A stretch of 64,000 nucleotides of DNA. Source: Okamejei kenojei (lineage: Eukaryota). Location: NCBI GenBank assembly GCA_035221665.1, contig CM069132.1, positions 94,860,001 to 94,924,000 of the forward strand, given 5' to 3'. Under the pieces are notes generated by a model. The model made no database searches. It saw nothing but the letters and a program-made list of their open reading frames with translations, and was not told the origin of the DNA. A program made the position numbers and the translations under genes. How positions within the stretch are numbered: the stretch's first letter is position 1; each line of letters begins with the position of its first letter. Shown piece after piece: positions 1 through 10,419 of this stretch.

Positions 1-231
1 TCCGCATCGGGTGGTGTGGTCGTTTGATGGCAGTGTTTAAATCTTTAAGGTTGATTCAAATCCTTGTTTCGTCTTTGTTCTTCTTGACTGCTGCGACCAT
101 GGTGGAGACCCAGGAGGAGGGGTCATTGACAAGGGCTATCATGCCCAGTGTATCCATTTTGTCAAGTTCAGTTTTGATGCGGTCCTTCATTGCATGCGGG
201 ATTTGGTGAGGAGAATGAAAGACAGTTATGA
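1..231 (-). mobile_element. Gypsy-type LTR retrotransposon pol remnant (RT N-terminus), interrupted by the DIRS insertion
   Basis: The minus strand reads ...PHQIPHAMKDRIKTELDKMDTLGMIALVNDPSSWVSTMVAAVKKNKDETRI*INLKDLNTAIKRPHHPMR, a typical Gypsy RT start. It continues the fragment at 4120-4525 across the DIRS element. Confidence 0.85.
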
Positions 232-1642
232 ATTTTACTTCGGAGTCACGTGAGTGACTACGTGAATAGAAGCCCGTACAGCCGTTGGTGCGTCATGACA
301 TCAGACGTTGGTGCAGTCGGCCGGTTGGAGCAGCAGCGCTCCTCCAATCGGTAAGTTTAAACGGAGGTAAGGTTTTAAAATTTTTTTTACCACAGATCAT
401 TTTCTGCGACGGTTTGGAATTCTTGTAGATATGTTGCAGAAAGTGAAGAAGGTGTCGGCGAGGCGCTCCGGGGGTAGAAAGGAAAAGTGGCCAGGAGAGT
501 GTTGAGGATGGAGGCCCGTCTGGTACACCTGGTCCGGTGCTGGCTACACAGCCAGTGGTTGCGGACCCACTGCCGGGGGGCAGTGGAGGCTTGCCAGTAG
601 GGCGGAAGGCCACTGACAAGTCTCTGTGGCCCGTAGATGAGTCGGGCCTGGAGGTTCTACCCTCCATAGGAGAGTCCGTTTGCTCACGGCTCTCCCACGT
701 CGAGATTTTATTACAAAAGAATGCTCGACAGGGACCAGCTCCGTGAGGAGGAGTGGTGCCCAAGCCAGGCTGATGGTGAGCTTTTGCTAGCAGCACCTGT
801 TTCAGGGCTGCAGAACTATCCTGCCTGTGAGGAGGATGTTCTATCAGTGCAGTTTGCTGACACTGATTCTATCCTGGGGAGAGCAGTAAAGGAGTTCGGT
901 TGGAGGTAATTCCGAACATTGCTGGGAAGTTTGCTGAGCCTAGAGAGGCAGGAGAGGCGATTGATGTAGAATTGGCTGAAGCAATTCAGTATATGCTCTC
1001 CCACCAGTTACATGAGCTAGCTATGGATGTAATAGCAAAAAAACTATAAAGCTCCTGTTGATTGTGATCCTCTGAAGGTACCGGTGATTAATCACCAAAT
1101 TTGGTCACAGATGGGTATGCCTGCTAGGGCCCAGGAGATGAAGTTTCAAAAAAGTGCTTAAACTGTTGTCAGCAGGTATTACAGCTGTGGTGAAAGTTAT
1201 TGATACAAGCAATATGGTTGAAGCACACCAGGACGAACTGGGATTCCTTTGTAATGCATTTTTGAAATTAATAATATCAGGAGGGCCGCTATTAGGCCAG
1301 TGCTAATCCGAATTTAGCGAGTTTGTGCAAACCGACCAGTGTACCACCACGAAATCTGTTGTTTAGTGGTAACCTTGCCAAAAGGGTCAAAGACTGTCAT
1401 GAGGTTGTTAAAACCATGGCCCTCATTAAGCCGGCTGGCAAGCAAGGCAAAAAGGTTTCTCTACAAGAGGTCGAGGACAACAAGGTCCACAAGGAAAGAT
1501 GCAGGTAAGGAATATAACATTGACAGACGATGAATTAACTGATGTTCCTGTTCAAATTGGGGAAGGTTAAAATTGTTTCTCAAACAATGGCAGCAGTTGA
1601 CATCAGATTTGTTCATACTTAGTAGTATTGAAGGGGTGAAAA

Positions 1643-2638
1643 TTGAATTTTACTCTAAGGACAGTCTACCTAATCAACATTTTCCTAGTCGTAAACTTAT
1701 TTTTTCAGATGAGGAAAATGTGCTTATTCAAGCAGAGAGGGGTAATTGAGCCTTCTGTCTATCAAAGTCAACAATTTCTGTCAAGTATATTTCCCAGATC
1801 TAAAAAGACTGGGGGATGTAGAATTATTCTGGATTTATCGAGTTTGAACAAATTTGTTTGTTATAGGCATTTCAAAATGGAGACCTTTACCACGGCCAAA
1901 CATCTAGTGTCCAAAGGGTGTTATATGGCAACCATTGATTTAAAGAATGCGTATTACTCAGTGTCTATTCATGGTGATGATAGAAGATATTTGAAATTTA
2001 TTTGGATGACTCAGCTGTGGCAATTCAGGGCATTGCCGAATGGATTAACTTCAGCTGTTAGATTATTTACTAAATTGGTAAAACCTGTGTTAGCATTACT
2101 TAGAGCTCAGGGGCATGTGGTAATGGCCTATTTAGATGATATTCTGATTGTTGGAAAGACTCATGCTGAAACTCAATCATCAGTTTCAGTTGTTAAAATC
2201 ACTTTTGAACAAATGGGATTTATTATTCACCCAGATAAATCTAAATTATCACCAGTCCAAATTATTGATTATCTGGGATTTAACATTAATTCCAATCACA
2301 TGTTGGTAACTTTGCCCAGGGATAAATTGAATCAGTTAATTGAGGACTGTGTTAATCTCGTTGGAGAACAACGGCCTTCGATTAGACAAGTAGCCAGTTT
2401 AATTGGGAAGTTTGTTGCATCATTTCCAGCTGTGCAGTATGGTTCTCTGCATTATCAACAATTACAACGATCAAAGGAACAGGCACTGAGAATACAAAGG
2501 GGCCATTTTGATAGGCCTATGCAGTTGTCAGCTGGGGCGATTGCTGACATACAATGGTGGATAGTACATGTTTCAAAAAGTTTTAGGAAGGTTTTGGTGG
2601 GGATCAACATCCTTTACATGATCGTATTGATCTGTTAA
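1643..2638 (+). CDS. DIRS reverse transcriptase (C-terminally truncated)
   Basis: Motifs KKTGGCRIILDL, HFKME, IDLKNAYY, LPNGL and YLDD (about 2129-2140). The ORF stops where copy 2 continues into RNase H. Confidence 0.9.
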   Translation: MNFTLRTVYLINIFLVVNLFFQMRKMCLFKQRGVIEPSVYQSQQFLSSIFPRSKKTGGCRIILDLSSLNKFVCYRHFKMETFTTAKHLVSKGCYMATIDLKNAYYSVSIHGDDRRYLKFIWMTQLWQFRALPNGLTSAVRLFTKLVKPVLALLRAQGHVVMAYLDDILIVGKTHAETQSSVSVVKITFEQMGFIIHPDKSKLSPVQIIDYLGFNINSNHMLVTLPRDKLNQLIEDCVNLVGEQRPSIRQVASLIGKFVASFPAVQYGSLHYQQLQRSKEQALRIQRGHFDRPMQLSAGAIADIQWWIVHVSKSFRKVLVGINILYMIVLIC

Positions 2639-2639
2639 T

Positions 2640-3682
2640 TTGCAGATTTTAAGGAGGCCATACCTGGGGAGAGGACTGTCTCATCGGACTGTGGATGTTC
2701 TCACGTCGGCCTGCAGGGATAGTACACAGCAGCAATATATCACCTATATAAGGAAGTGGGAGCAATTCTGCCTACAGCAGAATATTGTATATCACACTGC
2801 AGGGATCACGGACGTATTGGAGTTTTGTCAACTCTTTATTTCGACCAAAAATTAAGTTACAGTGCGATTAATTCAGCCAGAAGTGCTCTGTCTTCTTATT
2901 TACCTATGAATGCAGAATTGCATACAGTAGGGACACATCCGTTAGTTTCACGATTCATGAAGGGAGTTTTCAATTCTAATCCCCCTAAACCCAGGAATGC
3001 CGGTATTTGGAATGTGAGTGAGGTTCTTATGGTTCTTCGCCAGTGGGCTCCGGTTACAAGCCTATCTATAGCCAAATTAACTATGAAGGTGGTCATGCTT
3101 ATGGCGTTGGTTTCAGCTCAACGTGTACAAACGTTGCAAAAGCTACGGCTAGATAGAATGCATGTGTCGGCAGATGCCATTATATTTTATGTCTATGATT
3201 TGCTTAAACATAATAGAAGAGGCATGACAGGATGTAAGATTGTGTTTTCAGCATACCCCGCAGATGATCGCTTGTGTGTAGTCTCACATTTATCACGTTA
3301 CATTGAGATTACTAAACCTCTGAGAGGAACAGAGTTGGCTTTGTTTATTAGTCACAAAAAACCACACAGTAAGGTGTCGGTGCAAACGATTTCAAGGTGG
3401 CTAAAGCAGGTCCTGGCAAGTGCAGGAATTGATACTGATAAATTCAAATCTCAATCCACCAGGGCGGCATCAACTTCCGCGGCAAGGGCGATGGACTTGC
3501 CAATAGACCATATCCTCGCGGCCGCAGGATGGTCCAGTGAGCTAACTTTTCAGAGGTTTTATCACAAGCCGATTTCAAGGCTCGGGGTGTTTGCTGATTC
3601 TGGTGTCAGTACTGTTATAGTTTCCCCTGAGTTAGAGGGGTTTCTTATGATTTTGTTTGTAAATAAACTGTTATTCGTTTAA
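2640..3682 (+). pseudogene. DIRS tyrosine recombinase (frameshift near 2825)
   Basis: ORFs 2640-2855 and 2756-3682 carry SYSAINSARSALS, LVSAQRVQTL, QSTRAASTS and AAGWSSELTFQRFY (catalytic Tyr region). Confidence 0.9.
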
Positions 3683-4119
3683 CAAATGTTATTATTGATG
3701 CATGATTGATTGCTAATGACTTTGAGTCAATCCAGGCAGTGTGAACGTCGGATTTGGGTCTGCGGCGTGAATTCACAGTGCTTTGAAATCTTCACATAGT
3801 CACTCACGTGACTCCGAAGTAAAATAGTAAGATTAAACGAGAACTTACCAGTTTGAAGTTTGATCTTTATTTTATGAGGAGTCGAGTTGAGGGACTACGT
3901 GCCCTCCGCTCCCACCCTCATAGATCTCATCTGGTAGTTCTAGTTTTATCATCTTACCATTATACTTCAGTCATTGTTAGCTGTGAATTCACTCCGCTGC
4001 TTTGAAGATTGACGCACCAACGGCTGTACGGGCTTCTATTCACGTAGTCCCTCAACTCGACTCCTCATAAAATAAAGATCAAACTTCAAACTGGTAAGTT
4101 CTCGTTTAATCTTACTATT

Positions 4120-4525
4120 CCTTGTCGGTTACAATGCTGTATTCTGTGGGAAGTTTGCCCGGCTGGTTATCAAAAAGGTCTTTGTATTGTTCGAGTAGTT
4201 GTTGGGTGGGACTTTGAGCGGTAGATAGCTGGTACACAGTTTTGCTGAAGAAGACTAGGTTCATATCACAGCATGCATTGATGCCCAGAAGGAGGGGCAC
4301 TTCCCCTCTAAAGATGAAAAAATTCTTGAAAACTTGAGATGCTAGATGGCATTGTAATGTGACCTTACCAACCGGTTGCAACTCCCCCCACCAAATGGAT
4401 GTAGCTTGGAGTTTGTCTTCATGACAGTTTCTTTGTTGTGAATTTATTTGGAAGCCTGATAAAGACAGGACATTGCATCGTGCCCCAGTATCTATCTTTG
4501 GAACCCTTATGATGTCACAGATCAC
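4120..4525 (-). mobile_element. Gypsy pol remnant (aspartic protease and linker), upstream part of the 1-231 fragment
   Basis: KIDTGARCNVL protease motif, LLGINAC, and LLEQYKDLFD...PGKLPTEYSI leading into RT. Confidence 0.8.
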
Positions 4526-4540
4526 TGTTGTAAAGTCACG

Positions 4541-5157
4541 GCAAACCTCCCCAACTATACCTCGTCATCCCTGTTCCTACCCCTATCCTTCTTCATTCCC
4601 CCTCATCCCTCAGCACTCCCTCCCCTCCTCTTGACCCTCCCTATTCATTCCCCTCGCCTCCTCCCCTCCCCACTCCCTCCCTTACCTCTCCCTCCCTCTC
4701 CTTTTCCCTCAGTCACTCACTCCTTCCCTCCCTCCCTCCATAACAACTCTCCCCTCCCTACCCCCCTTGACATCATTGTGAGGAGGAGGCGGCTGTGTTT
4801 TTTAAAACATTTTTAAAAATGTAAATGAGATCCCATTGTGATGTCATTGTGGGGTTGAACACTGCTGACAGGCAGTTTAAGTAAATTAGATCCCATTGTG
4901 ACATCATACACTGCTAATTGCCAGTGCAGATGGAAGAAAATGTTCTTAAAGTGAGGTTTTGTAGTTAAAAATGTGAATAACTTGTAAAATATACCATTAA
5001 TCTGAACGAACCTTGCAAATGAATGCCACAGGACAATGATAAGTAAGGTTGGCCAAAAATTCTAGTGCGATTGTGTACCAATTTTACATAATTTCTGGAA
5101 TCCCGCACACACAGATAGATAGAAAAAATCAAGATGAGCATTTTAGTAATATATAGA
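4541..5157 (-). mobile_element. Probable non-autonomous Helitron-like element lacking its 3' end, with a polypyrimidine tract
   Basis: The minus strand begins TCTATATATTACTAAAATGCTCATCTTG (5'-TC start). Internal repeated GATCCCATTGTGA motifs and a C/T-rich tract at 4560-4770. No 3' hairpin or CTAG seen. Confidence 0.4.
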
Positions 5158-5984
5158 TAGATACTGTAGCAGTTCTATATTCTGATAATGAAAATTTCAA
5201 ACCACTCCTACAAAGTATGCATAAAATTGCCAAGATTGAGGGTGGGGATTACCAATTACCTGCTGTATGAATAAATCTTACATTTATTTTTAATGTTGTT
5301 TCTGAGATGGATTGCTCGCGTTCCACGTCCTTTCAAATATAAAATAACCAGACTAAGTCACTGCACTGCTGAACATCTGGGCAACAGGCAATGCTGATGT
5401 GGTTAAAAATTACCATAACGTATCCATTAAAAATTACATAACGTATATCAATGCAGCATTTGTGTAATTTTTGTATCATTTTAATGTGATTAGCCGAGAT
5501 ATATTCCCACTAACGAAACATCATTAATCTTTTCAGATAAGAAATCGGTTAAATATTAAATTGAATGAGAGTGCATGCCTATGTTGTAGGCAAAAGAAAA
5601 GTGAGGGCTAATAACTAGTAAATAGGGATATAGATTGTGCTAATGTGGTGACAGGGAACAGCAGATAAAGCCTAAAAGTAGAGATATGGAATGCAGCAGT
5701 GACGACACCCAAATTTCAGGAACTTCATTGATTATGTTATAGCGTGCATAGCGTGCACCTATCGTTGTAACAGAATGGATCTATTGTCAACTAATTTAGA
5801 TTTGTTTTCTGTATCCTCCATTCTGTAATCAAATTGTTAAAATACTTTTATTGAATTGAATTGAATTGAATTTATTAGCCATTTAAAAAAAAATTGAACA
5901 AAATGTCGTTACCATACAGTTATAACAATAAAAAGCAAACAAAACACACCATTACATACATTTAACATAAACATCCATCACAGT

Positions 5985-6135
5985 TCGTTCACTCATGTGT
6001 CAGATGACGTATATCTCGCTGTTGGCTTCTGTAGTCATTCATCATGTTGACAGAATTGGTTGCCCGACGCGTCACAGAGTGCATCGTGTCATTGTTTACG
6101 GGGATCACTACGAGGAGGCTTCTGTCATGATCCCC
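5985..6135 (-). mobile_element. 151-bp retroposed element headed by an HDV-like ribozyme
   Basis: 11-bp TSD TCCATCACAGT (5974-5984 and 6136-6146). The minus-strand 5' end folds as an HDV-type pseudoknot. Confidence 0.8.
6048..6135 (-). ncRNA. HDV-like self-cleaving ribozyme (predicted, 88 nt, with P4)
   Basis: P1 GGGGAUC/GAUCCCC; P2 UGACAGAA/UUCUGUCA; P3 GCC/AGU (one mismatch); L3 UCCUCGU; GU; P4 stem CGAUGC/GCGUCG; J4/2 CCAA. Confidence 0.8.
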
Positions 6136-6442
6136 TCCATCACAGTGACTCTCCTCCAGGCATCTCCTCGCTGTCATTGAAGGTAAAAAACGTCTTATCC
6201 CTTCCCTGCTTCTTCTCCCGCGGTCAGGCAGTCAAACTGCTGCGTCGCGGGTCCTGATATTGAAGCACCCTCTGGGCCATGGAAGATCTCACAGCCAAGC
6301 CACGCCGGGCGATGAAAGGTCCTGTGAACGGGCCGATTCAAGCCTTGCGATGTGCGGTGGATGACGCTGCTGTGGCTGGAGTCCCCGAAGAGTTGGTCGC
6401 CAACCAGCGATACGACACGGTGAAAAAGTTGCATCTCCGTTG

Positions 6443-6906
6443 AAACGTAGAAACATAGAAACATAGAAACATAGAAAATAGGTGTAGGAGGAGGCCATTC
6501 CACCCTTCAAGCCAGCATCGCCATTCATTGTGATCATGGCTGATCGTCCCCCATCAATAACCTGTGCCTGCCTTCTCCCCATATCCCTTGACTCCACTAG
6601 CCCCTAGAGCTCTAACTCTCTCTTAAATCCATTCAGTGCCTTGGCCTCCACTGCCCTCTGTAGCAGGGAATTCCATAAATTCACAACTCTCTGGGTGGAA
6701 AAGTTTTTTCTCACCTCAGTCTTAAATTACCTCTCCTTTATTCTAAGACTGTGCACCCTGGTTCTGGACTTGCCCAACATTGGAACATTTTTCCTGTATC
6801 TAGCTTGTCCAGTCCTTTTATAATTTTATATGTTTCTATAAGATCTCCCCTTATCCTTCTGAAATCCAGTGAATACAAGCCTAGTCTTTTCGATCTTTCC
6901 TCATTT
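6443..6906 (-). mobile_element. CR1 LINE 3' end (continues at 10420-11720)
   Basis: (GAAACATA)n tail at 6443-6477 and a CR1 3' region similar to 22200-22619. It is split from the rest by an L1 insertion with TSD ATCTTTCCTCATTT. Confidence 0.9.
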
Positions 6907-8013
6907 TAATTTTAACTTTATTTATTTATTTATTTTTGTTAGAAGTAAGTACAGTAATGTACCTGATGCATACAGACACATTATAATTCTTGTACAACTT
7001 CTTATTTATAATTTAATAATAAAAGAACAGTGATAGAAAGAAGAAAATAGAGTGTTGAGATCAATAGACAAGAGAGTAGAAACGAATAGCTAGAGAGACA
7101 GAAAGAAGAAATAAGAAGCTAAAGACATTTTTAAAAAAGAGAAAAAAAGGAGAAGAAATTAGGAGAGATATACCTATTTAATATCTTTACCCACCTGTCA
7201 CCCGGTTCTGAACCATTTAATTTCTAAGATTATGTTGCAGCATATGCTTGTAAGAAGTCGATAAAAGGAGACCAAATCTTTAAGAATTGGTCTACTTTGC
7301 CTAGTAGGAGGAATCTCTTTTCTTTAAGATGTATCGTTTCTGACAAATTTGAAATCCACAATTTAAACATTGGCGTGGATGCATTTTCCCAAAATCTAAG
7401 TATAAGTTTTTTTGCTGTTACTAAACCATAATTAAAGAGAGATTCTTGGAACGTAGTTAGCTTACGCCCCTCTTCCGTTGATCCGAAGATAATCAGTTCT
7501 GTATTGGGGTTCAATTTTGTGTTAAATAGTTTTGTAAAAGTTCCAAAGATTTAATTCCAAAATTTATGAAGTTTTGTACAAGAGACAAAGGAATGTGCTA
7601 TAGTAGCATTTTGAGTTCGACATTTGTCACAAATGGGGGAAACGTTTGGAAATATTTTATTCAGTATAGTTTTCAAGTAATATAATCGATGTTAAATTTT
7701 AAATTGAATTAAGTTCTGCCTGACATTAATCGAACATTTATGTACATATAATATGTTTTTTTCCCATCTGTCATTCGGAATTTTTATCAATAATTCTTGT
7801 TCCCAGTCCCTTCTAATTGCCTCTGTTGTTGGTGTTTCTATATTAAAAATTATATTATATAAATATGATATTAAATTGCTTGATTCTGCCTTTCTGTTCA
7901 TTCCTTCATCTAATATATCTGAGGTTAGAGTTTGATATCCTTGTATGTGTTTTTTTCAAATAATCTCAAACTTGAAGGTATTTGAAATATTGATTACTTT
8001 TCAGATTATATTT

Positions 8014-8444
8014 ATTTATTTATTTTTTGTTTATTTTTGTTAGAAGTAAGTACAATAGTCTGTTACTTAAGTACCTAATACATAAATACATATTTTAATT
8101 CTTGTACAACTTCATACTTTTGTTTTAATAATAAAAGAACAGAGAGAAAAAAAATAAAGAGTGTCGGAATAGATAGACAAGCGAGTAGAAACAGAAAGCA
8201 AAAGAAATAAAGGACAGAGATAAGAAGCTAAAAGATTGAAAGAAAAGGAGAAAGTAAAGAAAAGAGAGATTAGGAGAGATCTACCTATCTCGTATTTTTG
8301 CCCATCCGTCACCCAGTTCTAAACCATTTAATTTCTAAGGTTATGTCGTCTGCATATAATGACATTTTATTATTTGAGTGTTTGGTATTATACCCATGAA
8401 TATTCGGATGGCTTCTTATACCTTCAGCTAAAGGCTCTATCACT
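8014..8444 (-). mobile_element. Nested 431-bp L1 derivative (RT YADD fragment fused to 3' UTR)
   Basis: 8014-8342 copies the L1 3' UTR (6915-7235) and 8341-8443 copies 9328-9430. TSD AGATTATATTT at 8003-8013 and 8445-8455. Confidence 0.8.
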
Positions 8445-9499
8445 AGATTATATTTTAGTTGTAGTTGTTGGAATGATAGAAGTTTTCCCATTTCATACAT
8501 ATCTCCAATCATTTTAATTCCTATTCTTTCCCAATGGATAAACGTTTTATCAATAATAGATAGTTTGAATGAGGGATTGTTAACTATTGGGGAAAGAAGC
8601 GATAAGTTTCTTAATTTTAAAGTTAATTTTATTTGTTTCCAAATTCGTATTGTACTGTGAATAATTGGATTCTTCTTATATATTATATTGTTCAGTTTCA
8701 TCGGAGAAAGAAGAATCGCTCCTATATTATAGGGGGAACAATCCTCTTTATCCATTCTTATCCTGCCTACTTGTTGGGCAGAACTGTCCAACCAGTAAAT
8801 TATGTTTTTAATATTCACTGCCCAATAGTACTACAACAAATTGGGGAGTGTCAGTCCCCCAAATTCTTTAGATTTACACAGATGTTTTCTTTGGATTCTA
8901 TGTGATCTTTAGTCCCATATGAAATTTGTAATATCAGAGTCTAGTTTTTTAAATATTTTTTTGGTAAATGCATTGGTAATGATTGAATAAGGTACAGATT
9001 TGTGGTAAAAAGATCATTTTTATGGCATTTATTCTGCCTATTAAGGACATCGGCAATGTTTTGCAAAATTTAATCAACACATTCAATTTAGTTAATAAAG
9101 GCATGTAGTTTGCGTTAAATAATGATTTATATTTTCTAGTAATTTGGATACCCAAATATACCCAAATTTACGATTCAGAAAGTGAATTCTAACAGATGTG
9201 TCTGCTCTTGAGGTTTTATCATCATAATTTCACTTTTATTCCAATTTTATTCTATTTCCTGAAAAGGAACCTCTATTAAATTTAATATATTTGGTATGCT
9301 AATTTGCGAATTTGTAATGTATAATATTATGTCGTCTGCATATAATGACATTTTATTATTTGAGTGTTTGGTATTATATCCATGAATATTCAGATGACTT
9401 CTTATACTTTCTGCTAAAGGCTCTATCACAAGTGCAAATAGCAGGGGTGATAATGCACACCCTGTGGGGGGGGGGGGGGGGGTGGGTGGGGGGGGGGGC

Positions 9500-10117
9500 A
9501 GCTGAGCTTGCTTGAGCCTTGCGTCGAACCCGGTGAGCCACTTCCATTCTCGGGTTTTCAGGCAGCTTAAATACTTGTTTAAGTAAGTTGGCAGCAAACT
9601 CGCGAGGGTTTTTTGCACTTTCCCTTCCCTCTTTTACTCCAACTATTCTTAAATTCTGCCTTCTCGATCTTGCTTCCAAGTCCAGACATTTATCATTCAT
9701 TTTGGCAAGTTGCTCCCTGGTACTTTCTTGCTCCTTTCTCAATCTCTTTATCTCCTCAGACATCTCAGTCATCGTATTTTCCATTTCTTCCATAACCGAA
9801 TCGTATTTTGCAGTAGTCTTGAGAATTGAATCAAACTTATTGTTACAGTCCTTTTCAACCCGATTAATTTTCTTGTTTAAATCCTCCTCAATTTCTTCAA
9901 CACGTTTATTTAAGTTATCAATTTTCAGCATCACCTTCTCATTACCGTGTTTAATTTTTTCAGAGATACTTTTGTCCAGCGGGGCGTTCCCATCTTGTAT
10001 CAATTTAGAAATATCTTTAGTAACTGAAGTTCTTACTGACTGTTCCAGTTGTTCCATCTGTCCTTCCTTTGAAGTCATTTCTGTAGGAGGACTTCGAGAA
10101 TCAGCTTCTTCTTCCAA
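9500..10117 (-). pseudogene. L1 ORF1p N-terminal part (coiled coil and start of RRM)
   Basis: ORF 9374-10117 has an E/K-rich coiled coil, CLDLEARSRRQNLRIVGVKEGRE and MEVAHRV, and is truncated at a poly-C tract. Confidence 0.85.
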
Positions 10118-10419
10118 GCTTTCAGCTGATGTTTGAGGAGTTTGAGGAGTTTTACCAAGTTTTTTCAGGTAGAGTCTTATAGCAGCTCTTGCAGCAGGTT
10201 TTGCAGGCCTCTGATGAGGTTTCCCTTTTTTCTTTGAAAACTGACATTAATCTCCGTTATTTCGCGGCGACTTCTGATGACGTCACTTACGCGTCGTCAA
10301 ACAGCTCCGGTGAGTATTTTAAAATCAGTCCCGTCTTCCAAACCATCTTTTTTCAGGATTTAACGGGAGCAGAGCTCGATGCTGCACCTTTGTTACTCCA
10401 TGGTGCCACCGGAAGTCCA

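Larger units (their letters stand above)
232..4119 (+). mobile_element. DIRS1-like tyrosine-recombinase retrotransposon with both termini, internally deleted (no RNase H or methyltransferase)
   Basis: Left terminus ATTTTACTTCGGAGTCACGTGAGTGAC. 256-295 is inverted at about 4010-4049. The internal complementary region 3791-3901 is the reverse complement of the right end joined to the left end. RT and YR ORFs are present, and ATT occurs at both junctions (232-234, 4117-4119). Confidence 0.95.
5851..6442 (-). mobile_element. Non-autonomous LINE-tailed repeat ending in (TTCAA)n, related to 24790-25360
   Basis: (TTGAA)n at 5851-5870. Shares GTTACCATACAG...AACATAAACATCCA.CACAG with 24853-24921. Confidence 0.5.
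6907..10418 (-). mobile_element. L1 LINE with both ends, internally deleted (3.5 kb)
   Basis: 5' end GGACTTCCGGTGGC. ORF1 coiled coil with DLEARSRRQNLRIVG, RT half GCALSPLLF...LYADD, GRINAIKM and C-terminal ORF2 remnants. A-rich tail and 14-bp TSD (6893-6906, 10420-10433). Confidence 0.9.
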
